From Lama guanicoe (Eukaryota), in NCBI GenBank assembly GCA_013239625.1, contig MU053881.1, positions 13,344,879 through 13,408,878 of the forward strand: a DNA stretch of 64,000 nucleotides. The letters run 5' to 3'. How positions within the stretch are numbered: position 1 is the first letter of the stretch; each line of letters begins with the position of its first letter. Shown piece after piece: positions 40,444 to 52,450 of the stretch. The translations under genes were made by a program, and so were the position numbers. Below the pieces are notes generated by a model. The model was given only the letters and a program-made list of their open reading frames with translations. It had not been told where the DNA came from and ran no database searches.

Positions 40444-43400
40444 TGCTGCACAATTTAACTTGCACCGCTCTGGCCCTAATCCCCTTCTGTCTAGCTGCAG
40501 ACTCAAATCCTTCTACAATCTGCTGCAAGCTTGCCTTTTTTGGGGGGGAGGGGGTGAATAGAAATGGGGGAGGGGAGGGTAGAAAGGGTTAGAGACACAG
40601 GGACTACCCTCAGAAGCTTTCCCACACTTTCAATTTACGAACCCTCTATTTTAAGGCGTGCCCATTAAAAATACAACTGATCTGTATAAATGTTCCACCT
40701 TTGATCAAATATTTAACCACTGCATGCATATGAATGAATGCAAGCTATGAACCGGGGAGATGCAGGGCTGCACATGTGGAGAGCGCTCTCGCCTCTCGCC
40801 TGTCTCCCTCGCACGCACTCCCACACACGTCTGAGTCCCTGTGTCTTGCAGAGTCACGAAGGATGAGGGCCGGTTGGGAAGAGTTCTGGCCGGGAGGGAA
40901 CTGGCCACCGGGTTCAGAGAGTCGCTGGCACTTTCACAGGGTGCGAGCGCTTTGCCGCTCATCTCTGTCTGCAGCTTACAGGGCAGCAAGCACGCGCTCC
41001 GGAACCGGGTTTTTTAATCTTTGGAGGCAAATATTCGTCTGTTTATGTCGCGATGGAGAAAACGCAGCCTCCTTTAAACGTGAATTGTGCTGGGTTCCTA
41101 GGACGAGGAGTATTTAACTTTACGCAAATCGCCCGGATCATTCATTTCTAGGTTTGAGAGGCATATCTCCATTTCCGGAATCATTCCTTTGCCTATAACT
41201 CCATCATTCTCCGGATTAGAAAATGGGAGAGGGGGACGAGAGATGATGAACAGGAAGGTTTTTAGAAGTCAGGTCAAAACCCGCTTCTACTTTTTTTTTT
41301 CTCTCTTCCCTCCTCTATTACTCTCCCTGGTGGCTCTCCACCCACGAATAATTATACACTTAGCGAAGAGGGTGTGTTTCAACATCAGTCTAACTAAATT
41401 TCCAAGGAGTCAGGGAGAACCGTAGTTCTCTCGTCGGATTTTGTGAATGGGGGTTTGTAGCAGAGAAGAGATGGGCGCTGTCTTCCTGGGAGCACTCACT
41501 GGAAATGACCTGCTGGGCTGGGAACTGTCCCTTCAGCACTTCCACTTGGCCTGGTAGCAGGTGCTGAAAAGAAAAAGATGGGGCACCTCGAAGCGATGCT
41601 TCTGGTGAATAAGGTCTGAACTTTAGTGAGCTCCCTGGCCATTTTCCCCAGGAGGATTTCTAGCAGAGGAGACACTTCACATAGGGTCGGATCTTGGCCA
41701 AGGAAAGAAAAAAAAAAATCTAAATGGCCACTCCATACCATGCATGTGCTTTTGATTCTACAAGTGTTCCTTGACTTTGTGCTGCAATGTGATCAGCTTT
41801 ACATGATTAAAACTTAAGATAGGTGCTTGAAAGAATACAGAATATATAACTGAAGACCGCATTTAGAGTTGGGCTTGGTTTCTTCTGAGTTTTGAAGGGG
41901 AAGTGACATTGGGAAGTTATTTTAGAAATAAGTCTTCAAGGAAGGGAGATTTGAAGATCATTTTATGATACCCCTGTTTCTAGGCAGTAGTTGCCTAATC
42001 CGTTGAGACACAACAAATGTCAATGTATTCTTAAAGATGTCCATTGAAGGACCATCAGAGCTCCCCTGTATGACATTACCCAGTTTTTATTTATTTATTT
42101 GCTTATCCATTAATTTACTTATTTATTGAGCAGTTCTGAGAGTAAAATCCATGTTCGTACTGACAATGTATCATGCAATTCCATAGCTTTGTTTTAATTC
42201 AACAAAGACTGTTAGTCCTAAAAATATGACTTTTAGGCTTTTTTTTTACCCTCCTGGTTAAATTGTCACAGTCCTTTTACTTTCCTTTACAAATTGATAA
42301 TGACTATATATCCTATATTTAATGATGTGCAACCAAATCACTCTACTGGTTGTTTTTTTCAAGCACAATCACTGAAACTTTATCATCTGAACAGTAATCT
42401 CTGAAAACAACGCAATCACATCTTACTTGAGACTAAAAGCATTATGTGACTATCTTATCCATCAGGATACACCTGCACAGCATTGCCATACATTGAAAAA
42501 CAAATATTTATAAATAGTTATTGGGTTTGTCTTAAAACTATAGTACAAATATGGAAATGGAAATATCCATATTATGATTCTTTATTTAAGATACTCAGAA
42601 TACTTCCAATGTAGTTTTTTACTAGATGGTGTATATATAATTTGTTTGGGGACACGTATGTTTTTAATTAATAAATTTAATCAATAAATTGTGGGTGTTT
42701 AAAATATTGATAATTTGACTATTCCAAAAGAAGCAATTGCAACTCTGATTCATTAGTGTGTTTATTAAATTTTATCTAAGTATCATTAACACATGCATGT
42801 AACACCAGGGAATAATCCATAAGAAACTCATGGCAAGGTTATCATTTATTTTATATTGTCATGTTACAATGACTTTTTTAGATAATTGTTGACATTCTCG
42901 TTGTTTCCTTTACCTAGGAGGGGAAAAAAAAATCCTTTGAAAGTGAGTGTGCATCTGATTAAATTAAGTTCCAGAAATCACAATAACCATGATGTTTAAT
43001 ATTCTTAGAGTTTATTAGTGCCAGGTAATGTGCTAACCAATTTGCATAAATCATTCAATTTAATTCTCAGAGCAAGTCTGTGAGAGATACTCTTATATTC
43101 CTTTTTTTCACAAATCACTCAATAAATTATGGATTAGAGAGTGAGAGATTTGCCCAAGGTCACAAAGCTACTGGGTGTTCATGCTAGAATGCAAACTCAG
43201 ATCTTCTGACTTCAAAGCTTCTCTTAACCATGTTTCTCCATTACATTATTTCCTTACCATGTGCTTATGAGCTCATGTTAAGGTCTGTTTATATCTATGT
43301 TTGACCACCTTCATATAAATCACATAAAACATACCTCTGAATATTTAAAAAAATATTTACTGACGGTCAGATTTTTCCTTTTGATGAGCTAGTGCATCCA

Positions 43401-44439
43401 ACTGCAACATGGTGTCAGGCTTACTTTATTATTTTGGAGTTTCCTGCTCTTTTCCTTCTGTCTCGTGAGACCAGTTGCAAAGGCCACTCTGAACAGTCAC
43501 TAGTTCTGGACAGAAGGGATTTTGAGGTCACACCTAGGACCAGGGATCCGGGGGAGGCCTAATAGCTCTATTTCCAGTGTTAAAACCTAGTACATTTTGC
43601 TTTTTTTGTCAATTTTAAATGGCAGGAATCCCTGAGCTAACTGAAGAAGTGTACAGATTCTTTTCAACAGACATGTTTTTACTTCATCCAACTAAATGTA
43701 AACCGAATGAGAAAAAAAATAGCAAGAATGTGCTCATTAATTCAGTGTGGCTTTTTTTAAACATTTACAAAATAATTTGGGATGAGGGAGAAGAAGAGAT
43801 AAGCAAAATGATAAAGTACCAAATAAGCTTCAGCTGAAGTCCAGGATACAGTGGTCTTTTTAAACGTGTTTGCATGGCTCAGATATACACACTGAAAGGA
43901 GATTTGAAGGTTAACATTTTAATGGTTACCATCTGTAACAATAAACATACAGGTGGCAGTTAAACATGATTCCACCCACATACATGTGTATATATTTGGA
44001 TATTTATATGGAATATTTACACTAACTAAACCAGCTTCCCGTTTCCTAATTTCCCTGTATATTATACAGACCATCTTGTTAATGGTCTCCAGAGGGCTGT
44101 CCCTCCTCTTGTAATTGATAATAGTTCAGTTTGGAAAAAAGAAAAGAACTTGGATTTAAGTAATAGAGTAAATTTTTTTTTAACCTTAATCTAGACATCT
44201 TTGTCCACCAGGTTACTCAGACAAATTCTTTTTCCCAGGCTGGAAGGCTAGTTTGACCTCGTGTCAGAGTGAGAGCCCTGGTGATTACGGTAAGGAGAAA
44301 ACCAATATTTTCTTATACTTAAGTCACAAATGTCTGACATTCGAAAGGAATGCAGATTCTTTGCCCCGACCACTTCGACAAATCAAAAAAAGATTTTGTA
44401 ATGTTTTTTCCTGTGATCTTTGCAGAAGTAGAACCCAGT

Positions 44440-44670
44440 TTAGCAAGGCACAGTGAATGCTCAGACGCGGGCATAGAGCTGAAGTCCCTGACACCTAGTC
44501 CATGCGTGACCATTGGTATGTTGCTCAACTTTTCTGAACCTCATTTTCTGAAGTTTTCTGATGAGGTAATATTATCTCATTAGCTGGCTGCGGCATAATA
44601 TGGGAAAACAAATGCCAGTCACACAGTCCTCTTGCTTAACACCTAACAGGTACCCAGTGAAGCCAGTTTC
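44440..44670 (+). mobile_element. MIR SINE remnant
   Basis: gcgtgaccattggtatgttgctcaacttttctgaacctcattttct...acacctaacaggtacccagt. Confidence 0.6.
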
Positions 44671-44968
44671 CTTCTCTCTCTTGTATCTCAGCACGAATCC
44701 AGTGTTTATCAAACATTTTTGTGCATTATCAGCAGCATGTCTATATAACTCACAGTACTGATTGTTTTACCCACATTTTGCATAAGCTAAACATCAAATT
44801 CTCAGTTATCAGACAAGGAACTATGCCAAACTAGCTTCCATGCCACCGTAAGTCCTGGGCTGATATTCTTATTTCTTGTCTCTAAGGTGTTCTGAGAAAA
44901 AGGCTGCTTCTCACTACACCTGCCTGAGGCATAGAGCATTTAACGTATTATCCAAGCCAGAAAGATTT

Positions 44969-46639
44969 GTGTTCTTCTGTGTATCTTTGGTTGTTCTTGA
45001 CATTTTCTTACTCTTTGTTAAAAGCTTCCAACTTCTCGCTCTGTGCATCCATTCCCCTCCCGGGTTCTTTGACCACGTTTATGACCATTACTCTGAACTG
45101 TCTCAGGCAGATTGCCTGTTGCCACACTTAGTTCTTCTGGGGTTTTATTTTGTTCCTTCGTCTGGAACACGTTCCTCTGCTGCCTCATTTTGTCTAAGTT
45201 GCTCTTTGTATTTTTATATGTGTGGCAAGCTAGTTAGATTTCTCGACTTTGGAGAAGTGGCCTCTGTAGGAGGCATCCTGTGCGTCCCAGCAGTGCTCTC
45301 CCCTCTCGTCACCCAAGCTGTGTGCTCTAGGGGTCCCCCCTAAGTTGGGCTGACTGTGCAGGTGGTCTGGTAGGCCTGGTTGGCGCCTAGTGTGGTGGCT
45401 GCCAGGCCCCGTCTTGTGCAGGTACTGTTGGCTGTTTGTCAGGTCCTGGTCACCAGGTGGCTGGTTGAGGACTCTTAGGGGGCCCCCACGGCTAGTGCTG
45501 GCTCACTGGTGGGTGGAGTCAGGGTCCCGAGGACTCTGGGAGTTGCCCACCTGCTGGCGGGTGAAGCCAGATCCTGGGGTCGGTGCCAGACTACTGACGG
45601 TCAGAGCTGGTTCCTGGAGTCTGGCTGCAGGGCCCAGGGACCCCAGAGCTCATTTCAGTTCCAGATCTTTGGGGAGGAAGGGGGGGGTGTGGGGTTCCTG
45701 ACACAGTTGGGTATAGTGTCTGGGGTGTCCCGAAGGCTGCGTTGGCCTGCCGGTGGGGAGGGCCAGGGCCCAGCTGGCCGAGGGGAGGCCCCGGCCTGTG
45801 CCGCAGGATTGCTGTGTCCTTGCTTCTCATCTGTCTCTGGGTGGGCGAGGCTGGTCGGGAGGCCTCGGGGGAGGGGCCGGCGCCCGCCCTCCCGCTGTGG
45901 GGGTGGGGGTGGGGGCGGGGCTGGGCCTGGGCCCCGCGTGGGCAGGGCCCTGCCCGGGGGCAGCTGCGGGCACTTCGGTCTTCAGGCAGCCTGTCCGCTG
46001 ACGGGTGGGGCTGGGTCCCGCCCGGTCAGCCCTCTGGCCTGAGGGGCCGCCTGCAGGCGGTTGGGTGGGGCCGGGCGTCCGCGCAGAGGAGCCGCGTGGC
46101 GGCCGCAGGGCCCCGGGGCGGGGTCTCCGCAGGAGGATCGCCCCCCAGCCTCTCCAGGAGCCGCTCCCGGAGCCTCTCCGAGGCCGGCAGGTAGGCCGGG
46201 CCCAGGCCCCTGCGGAGTTACTGCTTTTGCCCCGGGTCAGAGCTTTTGTGAACGCCTTGAAGAGTGCAGCTGCTGCTTCTCCCAGTCCTGGGGGCGCCCG
46301 TCTGCCGTCAAGCCTTCGAAGCCGAATGTCCCGGGGGCTCGTCCTTCCCGGCTGCGCCCCCGGGGCTGCAGGACTGCGGCTCCTGCGGGACAGCCGCCGT
46401 GTGGCAGTGATTCTCCGGCTGGCGGGTCGCCCACCCTCGACTATGGGAATTGAGTGTGTCCTGAGTCCGCCCCTCTGAGTGGTCTCTTTGTGGTTCCTTC
46501 TTCACGTTGGAGAAGACCTTTCCCGGTAGGTTCCAGCCTTTTCCGTCGGTGGTGGTTGTGCAGACAGTTGTGACTTCGGTGTGCTCGCCAGAGGAGGGGA
46601 GCTCGGGGTCTTTCTCAGCCATCGTGGCCGCTCTTCTCC
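44969..46639 (-). mobile_element. L1 5' UTR plus degenerate ORF1 N-terminus, 3'-truncated
   Basis: The minus strand begins GGAGAAGAGCGGCCACGATGGC (L1-type 5' end, YY1-like site). After a GC-rich UTR, ATG at 45188 reads MRQQRNVFQTKEQNKTPEEL.. and, after an indel, ..MDAQSEKLEAFNKE*ENVKNNQ, resembling L1 ORF1p. Flanked by a 13/15 direct repeat. Confidence 0.85.
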
Positions 46640-46974
46640 AAACCAGACAGATTTAAGAGAGTGTGTTCCAAGACAGAGCCCAGCACAGCTACACGCCCCA
46701 AGCACCGTCAGCCACAGCTTCCCCAAGGCTACAGTTTACAACGTTGTTTTTCCATAAGATCTAAAAAGGACCCGACAAATGAGGGCCAGGAATAAAACAG
46801 ACATGTGAGGGCCGGACTCTATTTAATAGTCCCCTAACTAGGACACTATCCATTTCTCTTCTGCGGCAGTTTTCAGTTATCAGCAACTCATGTGTAACCT
46901 AGATTCACCCATTTCCTTTCAAAGTCTTTACACACATGTCAGTCCCATCAACCCAAACAGGAAACTGCAGATTT

Positions 46975-47039
46975 GTTTGTTTGTTCGTTTGTTCGTTTTT
47001 TAATTGAAGTATAGTTGATTTACAATGTTGTGTTAGTTT
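46975..47039 (-). mobile_element. Extremely 5'-truncated L1 3' end
   Basis: (gttt/gttc)n tail plus ttttttaattgaagtatagttgatttacaatgttgtgttagttt. Flanks ggaaactgcagattt and ggaaatggcagtttt match 12/15, like a TSD. Confidence 0.7.
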
Positions 47040-48132
47040 GGAAATGGCAGTTTTACTCAGTGTTAAGAGGAATTATAATACTCTGATCGTTGAAAGAAAT
47101 TGTTTATTTTCAAATATCGAATAAAATGTCAATAATTTCTAAAACTTTGGAGAAGGGTTTTGGACTCTGTAGATCCCGTTTGCCACTTGAAGACTGCAGT
47201 GTAAGCCAGGAGGGAGGTAAGAAAACAATCATAGCTCATGAAAATGCCATCACAGCCCTAGATTAGGTATTTTTAAGTGCTGACTCCTCTATGACTTGAC
47301 TGAGGAAACATGCGTTCTCTATTTTTATGGCACAATTAAGGCATTCAGGATGTCTGTGTTTCCTTTGGTAAGGTTTGTGTGTGTGCACATAGTCTCTGTG
47401 TAAAGTCCTTTAAACCATTAGAATGTTTATTTACTGCCATTTTACTTTCTTAAACATAAGGAATAGATATTCAGTCAGTATCATTTATTAAGTGTGTAGC
47501 ATGCAGAATGGAAAAATGAAAATCTGAGTCAGGGAATCAACTTACAGAGATTGGTTATCAGAAATAATAATAATTTTAAAAATTAGGCATGCTGGTACCA
47601 AGAAACTGCATTTAGTCTATGCAGAATCTTCTGGTGTGATTAGGACGTGCCTAGTTTAGAGTATTTGAAGATTTTAATGTGGCTTCATTATCTGTTGGGA
47701 CACCTGCATTTATGTATTTGTTTGAAATTGTAAAACACAGAACGTGACATGAACATTAAAGCGCTTTTAAAAAATCATTCATCATGCCCTGAATGGCCAT
47801 AGGATTTGTGGAAAGGATATGAAACGGAAGGATTTACTAGAACAAAGATCCAGAATTAAGACACTAATGCCCCATCTGTTCAATAGCTCCCAGTTCTTGG
47901 TGTTTACAATCACTGCGCTCTGTGCAATGAAATGCAAACGAGTTTGTGGATATGGATGCACTTTTACTGGGTTGCTCATAAATATATCGAAATGTAACTA
48001 ATGTGCTTGTGCTCGATGTGGAAAATAGAACTAATTAGATTTTTTTTTTTACTGTCATTTACAACTAAAGGATCTCAACTTAACCCATTTCCATTTTGCT
48101 TATAATAACATTCACCAAGCTTCCTCTTAGAG

Positions 48133-48340
48133 AATATTTATATATAATATATAAATAATATATAATATATATTGCATGTTATATATAATTATATATAAAT
48201 AATATACTATATATTATATATAATATATAATATAACATAATTATACATTACACTATAAATGGTATATTATATATTATATTATATATAATATATATTATAT
48301 AGTATATTATATATATAATTATACATATTATATATGCATA
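48133..48340. repeat. AT-rich (TA/TAA)n low-complexity tract
   Basis: About 200 bp almost entirely A/T, made of tata and taata units. Confidence 0.9.
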
Positions 48341-51300
48341 AATGAACTTGGGCATGAGTAGGGAGGAACTAAAGTGTTTTAAAGATAAATGATAACCACT
48401 TTTGAGTAATTTTATTTATCAAACAGTAAACACACACAAATCTCATAAATGTGAACCATTCACCATGAGAACTGGAGATCTGGCCCAGGAAGCATTGCTC
48501 TGGATGAGTAAAAAGATACATCAGAAACCACATAGTCTGATACCAACTTAACATAAAGAATCAGGATGACAAATGAAGATGTATTTATTTTTCCTATACT
48601 TCAACTGCTTATAGAGATGACAGCTCATAATTGTCTTTGAAAGATGTAAAGTAGATTCTGAAAGCAGTTGAGTGGGGTTCCTGTTTGTCACTACTCACTG
48701 TCAGTGTTAGAATTTCAACATAAAGTAGACTATTCATAAATTTCATTTAAGATGAGAGAATAAACTCCAAAATACCATCCCCTCCCCTTATAAAAGAGGT
48801 TGTCTCAATTTAATAGCTGTAATATACCAGACACTGTACTAGTTTCTCCCCTGCCCCCAACATAATCTGTGCAATTGCATTCTGGCAATAATACTGTTTA
48901 CAGATGGAGAACCTAGCTTCAGAAAGAATAAAGGAGTTTCCCAGAGACACTTGGGATGTAAATCAGAGCCTGGATTTGAATCCAGGCAAAGATTTTGTGG
49001 CTTCCAAAAATTCATGTATAAGGCAGTGAAAGTAGGTCCCTTCCATGTATCTTGGGAGTAGAACTGTCAGGAGAGGCTGATGAAAATATTTCTGATCACA
49101 AATGTTTGTGACAATGAAATAGAGTTGTTATGAAGTAAAAAAAATTTAAATGTTTGGCATAGGGAAGCAGAAAACATACTGAAAGTCGAATTTGAAGTCA
49201 GACGTTTTCGTTTTTTGTCAGTGACTCATGGTTCGGTCACCTGACTCCTCTAAACTTCTGTTTCTTTATTTGTATTGTATTAGTTGATTAATAACTTCAT
49301 TTTACATGGAATATTTGTGATCTAACACTTACAGAACACTTTCAATAATTGGCAGTTATGGTTATTAACACAATCTTTACAATGTACTAAAGTGTGATAA
49401 CATAGGACTTTTCCAATAACATTTCTTAGCCTTTCAAATATTGGAAATCAGTTTTTGCACATGGCAACAATTAAGCTGAAGCTCTGTAGTCAAACCAGCT
49501 CAGCCAACATTTATCAAATACCAGATTGACCATTTGGGTTTTTTCATCATATTGTTATAGCCTGAAGCAAGAAAGCATTGGCCTTTGCAAGGAAAGATAA
49601 TTCATTATTTCAGAGAAATTTGACTCAGCAGGTGGTAGGACATAAGACATAAAATGCTTAAGGCTACAGCATCTGCAAGACTTAACCATAACCCCACAAC
49701 AGGAGGAGAAAATTCTTGACCCAACTTCTGCTCAGCTATTTTGTCAATAAGACAATGTATGTTTAGTGAAAATATATGATGGCTTAATATTGAAGTTAGG
49801 TAAAGTGGAATGCAAAACAAATGAGATGAACATTACTGAATAAATAGGTTAAAGAAAATTGCCTACTCTTGCTGTATTTTACTGTTTCTAATAATTGGGG
49901 TAGATATTGCAGAATTTGGAAGCAGTTCAGAAACTCTAGAAGGGAACATTGAAAGACAAGCCATTTACTGTCGATTCAGCAAATTCTGAAATTGAAAAGC
50001 AACCTTTACTAGACAAATAAGGAGCCAGGGAGAACTCTTATGGAGACCCATTTTTATACCACGCATTTTCTTTGATTTATGTGTGTGGGAATCTTTTAGC
50101 AGGGAAGTTCATTCCATGATGGATCAAGGAAATCATGTCAATGTTCTGAAATTCAAATTAAATATAAATATCAATCATTATTGGATTGAAAATCATTCAG
50201 AATGTTTTGTTGTGTTTTATGGTTTTTAAAAGATCAGCTTTAATGAAAATGGTGCTTATATTTCTCCTAAACTCTCAAAGAAGAATAAAGCCAGAACTCA
50301 GAAACAGCAAAAAGCAACTTATCTAGACTGACGTTCTGTTCTTAATCCTTCATTATTAGTTCCTTAAACCATGTTAAGATACTATAGTTACTCTTTAGGT
50401 GACCTTGAGAGACTCCATACCTCTAGGAAAACTAGCTATTTCAGGAATTGAACTGTCCTAAGTTAGTCTGACAGCCATATGTTTAAATCATGATTTCAGT
50501 GCCTGGAGAAATTTTTGTCAGGCTCCCAAACAAGTCAGTGAATTCAGGAGAACTGCCCTGTGGCTTTGGAAGAGCATGGTTGGGGAAGGTCAGTCAAGGA
50601 TCAGAAAGCCTTTGTCAAAGGCTTAAAGAGGACGCAGATACAAGCCCTTTTCTCAGACAGAGCAGCATCTTTCTCCTGTATACATGTTCATGGAAGGGCC
50701 CATAAATTATTTAAAAAAAAATCTGTCACAAAATGTGGCCCCCTTTCCTCACATTTCCCAAAATCAATGTGCAGTTTGGCTCTGAGCAATATTTAAGAAC
50801 AAAGGAAAGTAAAAAATTAAAACAGAAGACAAACAGGCTGATCCCTTCCATGAGAAGAGCTTGTAAGGCACCAGGAAAATGTAAGAGGGAAAAAAACTCA
50901 AACATTTTAAGACTAAATTTGTTTAAACTTTACAGTAATTCCTTTACTATAATGCATGGATACAGATAGAGAAAGCATTTGTCAAATTTGAAATTGCAGT
51001 CCCAGATTTTCTTATCATTCTTCCCCTTTCAAATATCATTCTTACTCTAAAGTTGCTAAAATCCCTTGTCTTTTGAAACGCTGATTAAGACAAATATAAG
51101 TATAGTTTTCAGAGCTCAACACATCACATATCACGGACAAATAAAATTTTATATAAAATCTTAAAAAATAATGCTGGACAATGTTAAGTAGTTGCCTGTT
51201 CATGCCACTTTTATTTGAAGAGGCCTCAGTAACCATCCTTTGTACAGATCATAATTTCTATTTAGTTTCCAAATCCAAATTCAAATTGCGATTTCTTTGT

Positions 51301-51439
51301 TTAACAGCATACTCCACTGAAGGACATACCTGCTTAGGACGAGTAGCTTCACTTTCTTATGCCCATTTGCAGAATTCATGTCTATCTCTGTATATTTATT
51401 ACTCTCTATATATTCCAGAATTTATTTCATACAAAATCT

Positions 51440-52450
51440 TTATAAAGGTCTAAATAATTCAGAACTGGTAAAGCCAATTTAGAAGTTCTTCTGAAGGAGT
51501 AAATGGGAAAAATCATCAAGAATTTTGGAGGAGGAGAAAAAGTCTAGGCAAGGAGATTATCCTACCAGATAGAAAAATAAACATGAAAAAAACTATAGTA
51601 AATAAACTCAAGATTCCTGGCCTAGAAAGACTTCTACAGCTATAAAAACAATGAAAAGCTCAGAAACAGATTCATGCACATATGAGGAATTTTATGTGAA
51701 AAAGTAGTATTCCAAATTAGTGATGTGATTTATTATTTAATACATGGAACAAGGTTATGAAACATACATTAAAGTAAAACAAAAACAAAACCAAAACGCT
51801 TTAATTTAGATTTGCACCTCCAACTGCAAATAAAAATGGATTCCCGGTGAAGGAAGGAAATTAACAAAAATCCTATAAATCAATTAAATCAATAATAAAA
51901 GGCAAATGATTCACAGAAAAATGAGTGCCGAGGATGAAATGATACATCAATCAGGAAATTCTGCTAATAGAAACATGAGACGAGATATTTAACTACAATT
52001 GTGATCAAGAACATCAAAATAAAACAAGAAAATGTCATGGTTATCAGATTAATAAAAATGTTGTAAAGAATTTAATATTCTTATTTAATGTTCATCTGAA
52101 AAGTTACTGGTAATAAAATTGGAAGCATTCGGTTAGTTTATACCAAATGGTAAATATATATAGATACAAAATTTAAATCAGTAATCCTATTTCTAGAAGT
52201 CCATTCTTTAGATATTGAAGTGTAAGTGGGAAAGGGTATATTTACATGGAGGTTTAATGTAGAATCATCTATAAATGCCTCTGAAATTAGAAGCATCTTG
52301 TTCAAAAATAGGGGAATGATTGAATAAATTTTGGTGTCTGTGCATCATGAAATGATATACAGTGTTTTTTAAAAAACTAAGTAAATCTTTACCCATTGAC
52401 GCAAAAAGATTTTCCTAAATCAAAAAGCAAACGTATAAAGAGTATGACTT
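51440..52450 (+). mobile_element. Old L1 (L1M-type) ORF2/3' remnant
   Basis: A-rich segment: atcctaccagata...ctatagtaaataaa...gctcagaaacagattcatgcacatatg...cagtaatcctatttctagaag...aaaatagggaatgattgaataaattttgg. No intact ORF. Confidence 0.6.

Larger units (their letters stand above)
39500..41150. promoter_or_regulatory. GABRA1: CpG-island promoter region of GABRA1
   Basis: Sharp rise in CpG density, peaking at 40030-40230 and 40770-41060, around the non-coding first exon, against AT-rich flanks. Confidence 0.85.

Noticed and set aside
39488..41817. ORFs of 60-149 aa across the promoter
   Set aside because: CpG-island composition explains them. They are mostly antisense to GABRA1 and encode nothing recognisable.
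45390..46726. Dense overlapping 65-177 aa ORFs on both strands
   Set aside because: By-product of very high GC (few stop codons) in an L1 5' UTR. The translations are low-complexity G/R/P/A with no domain or exon structure.
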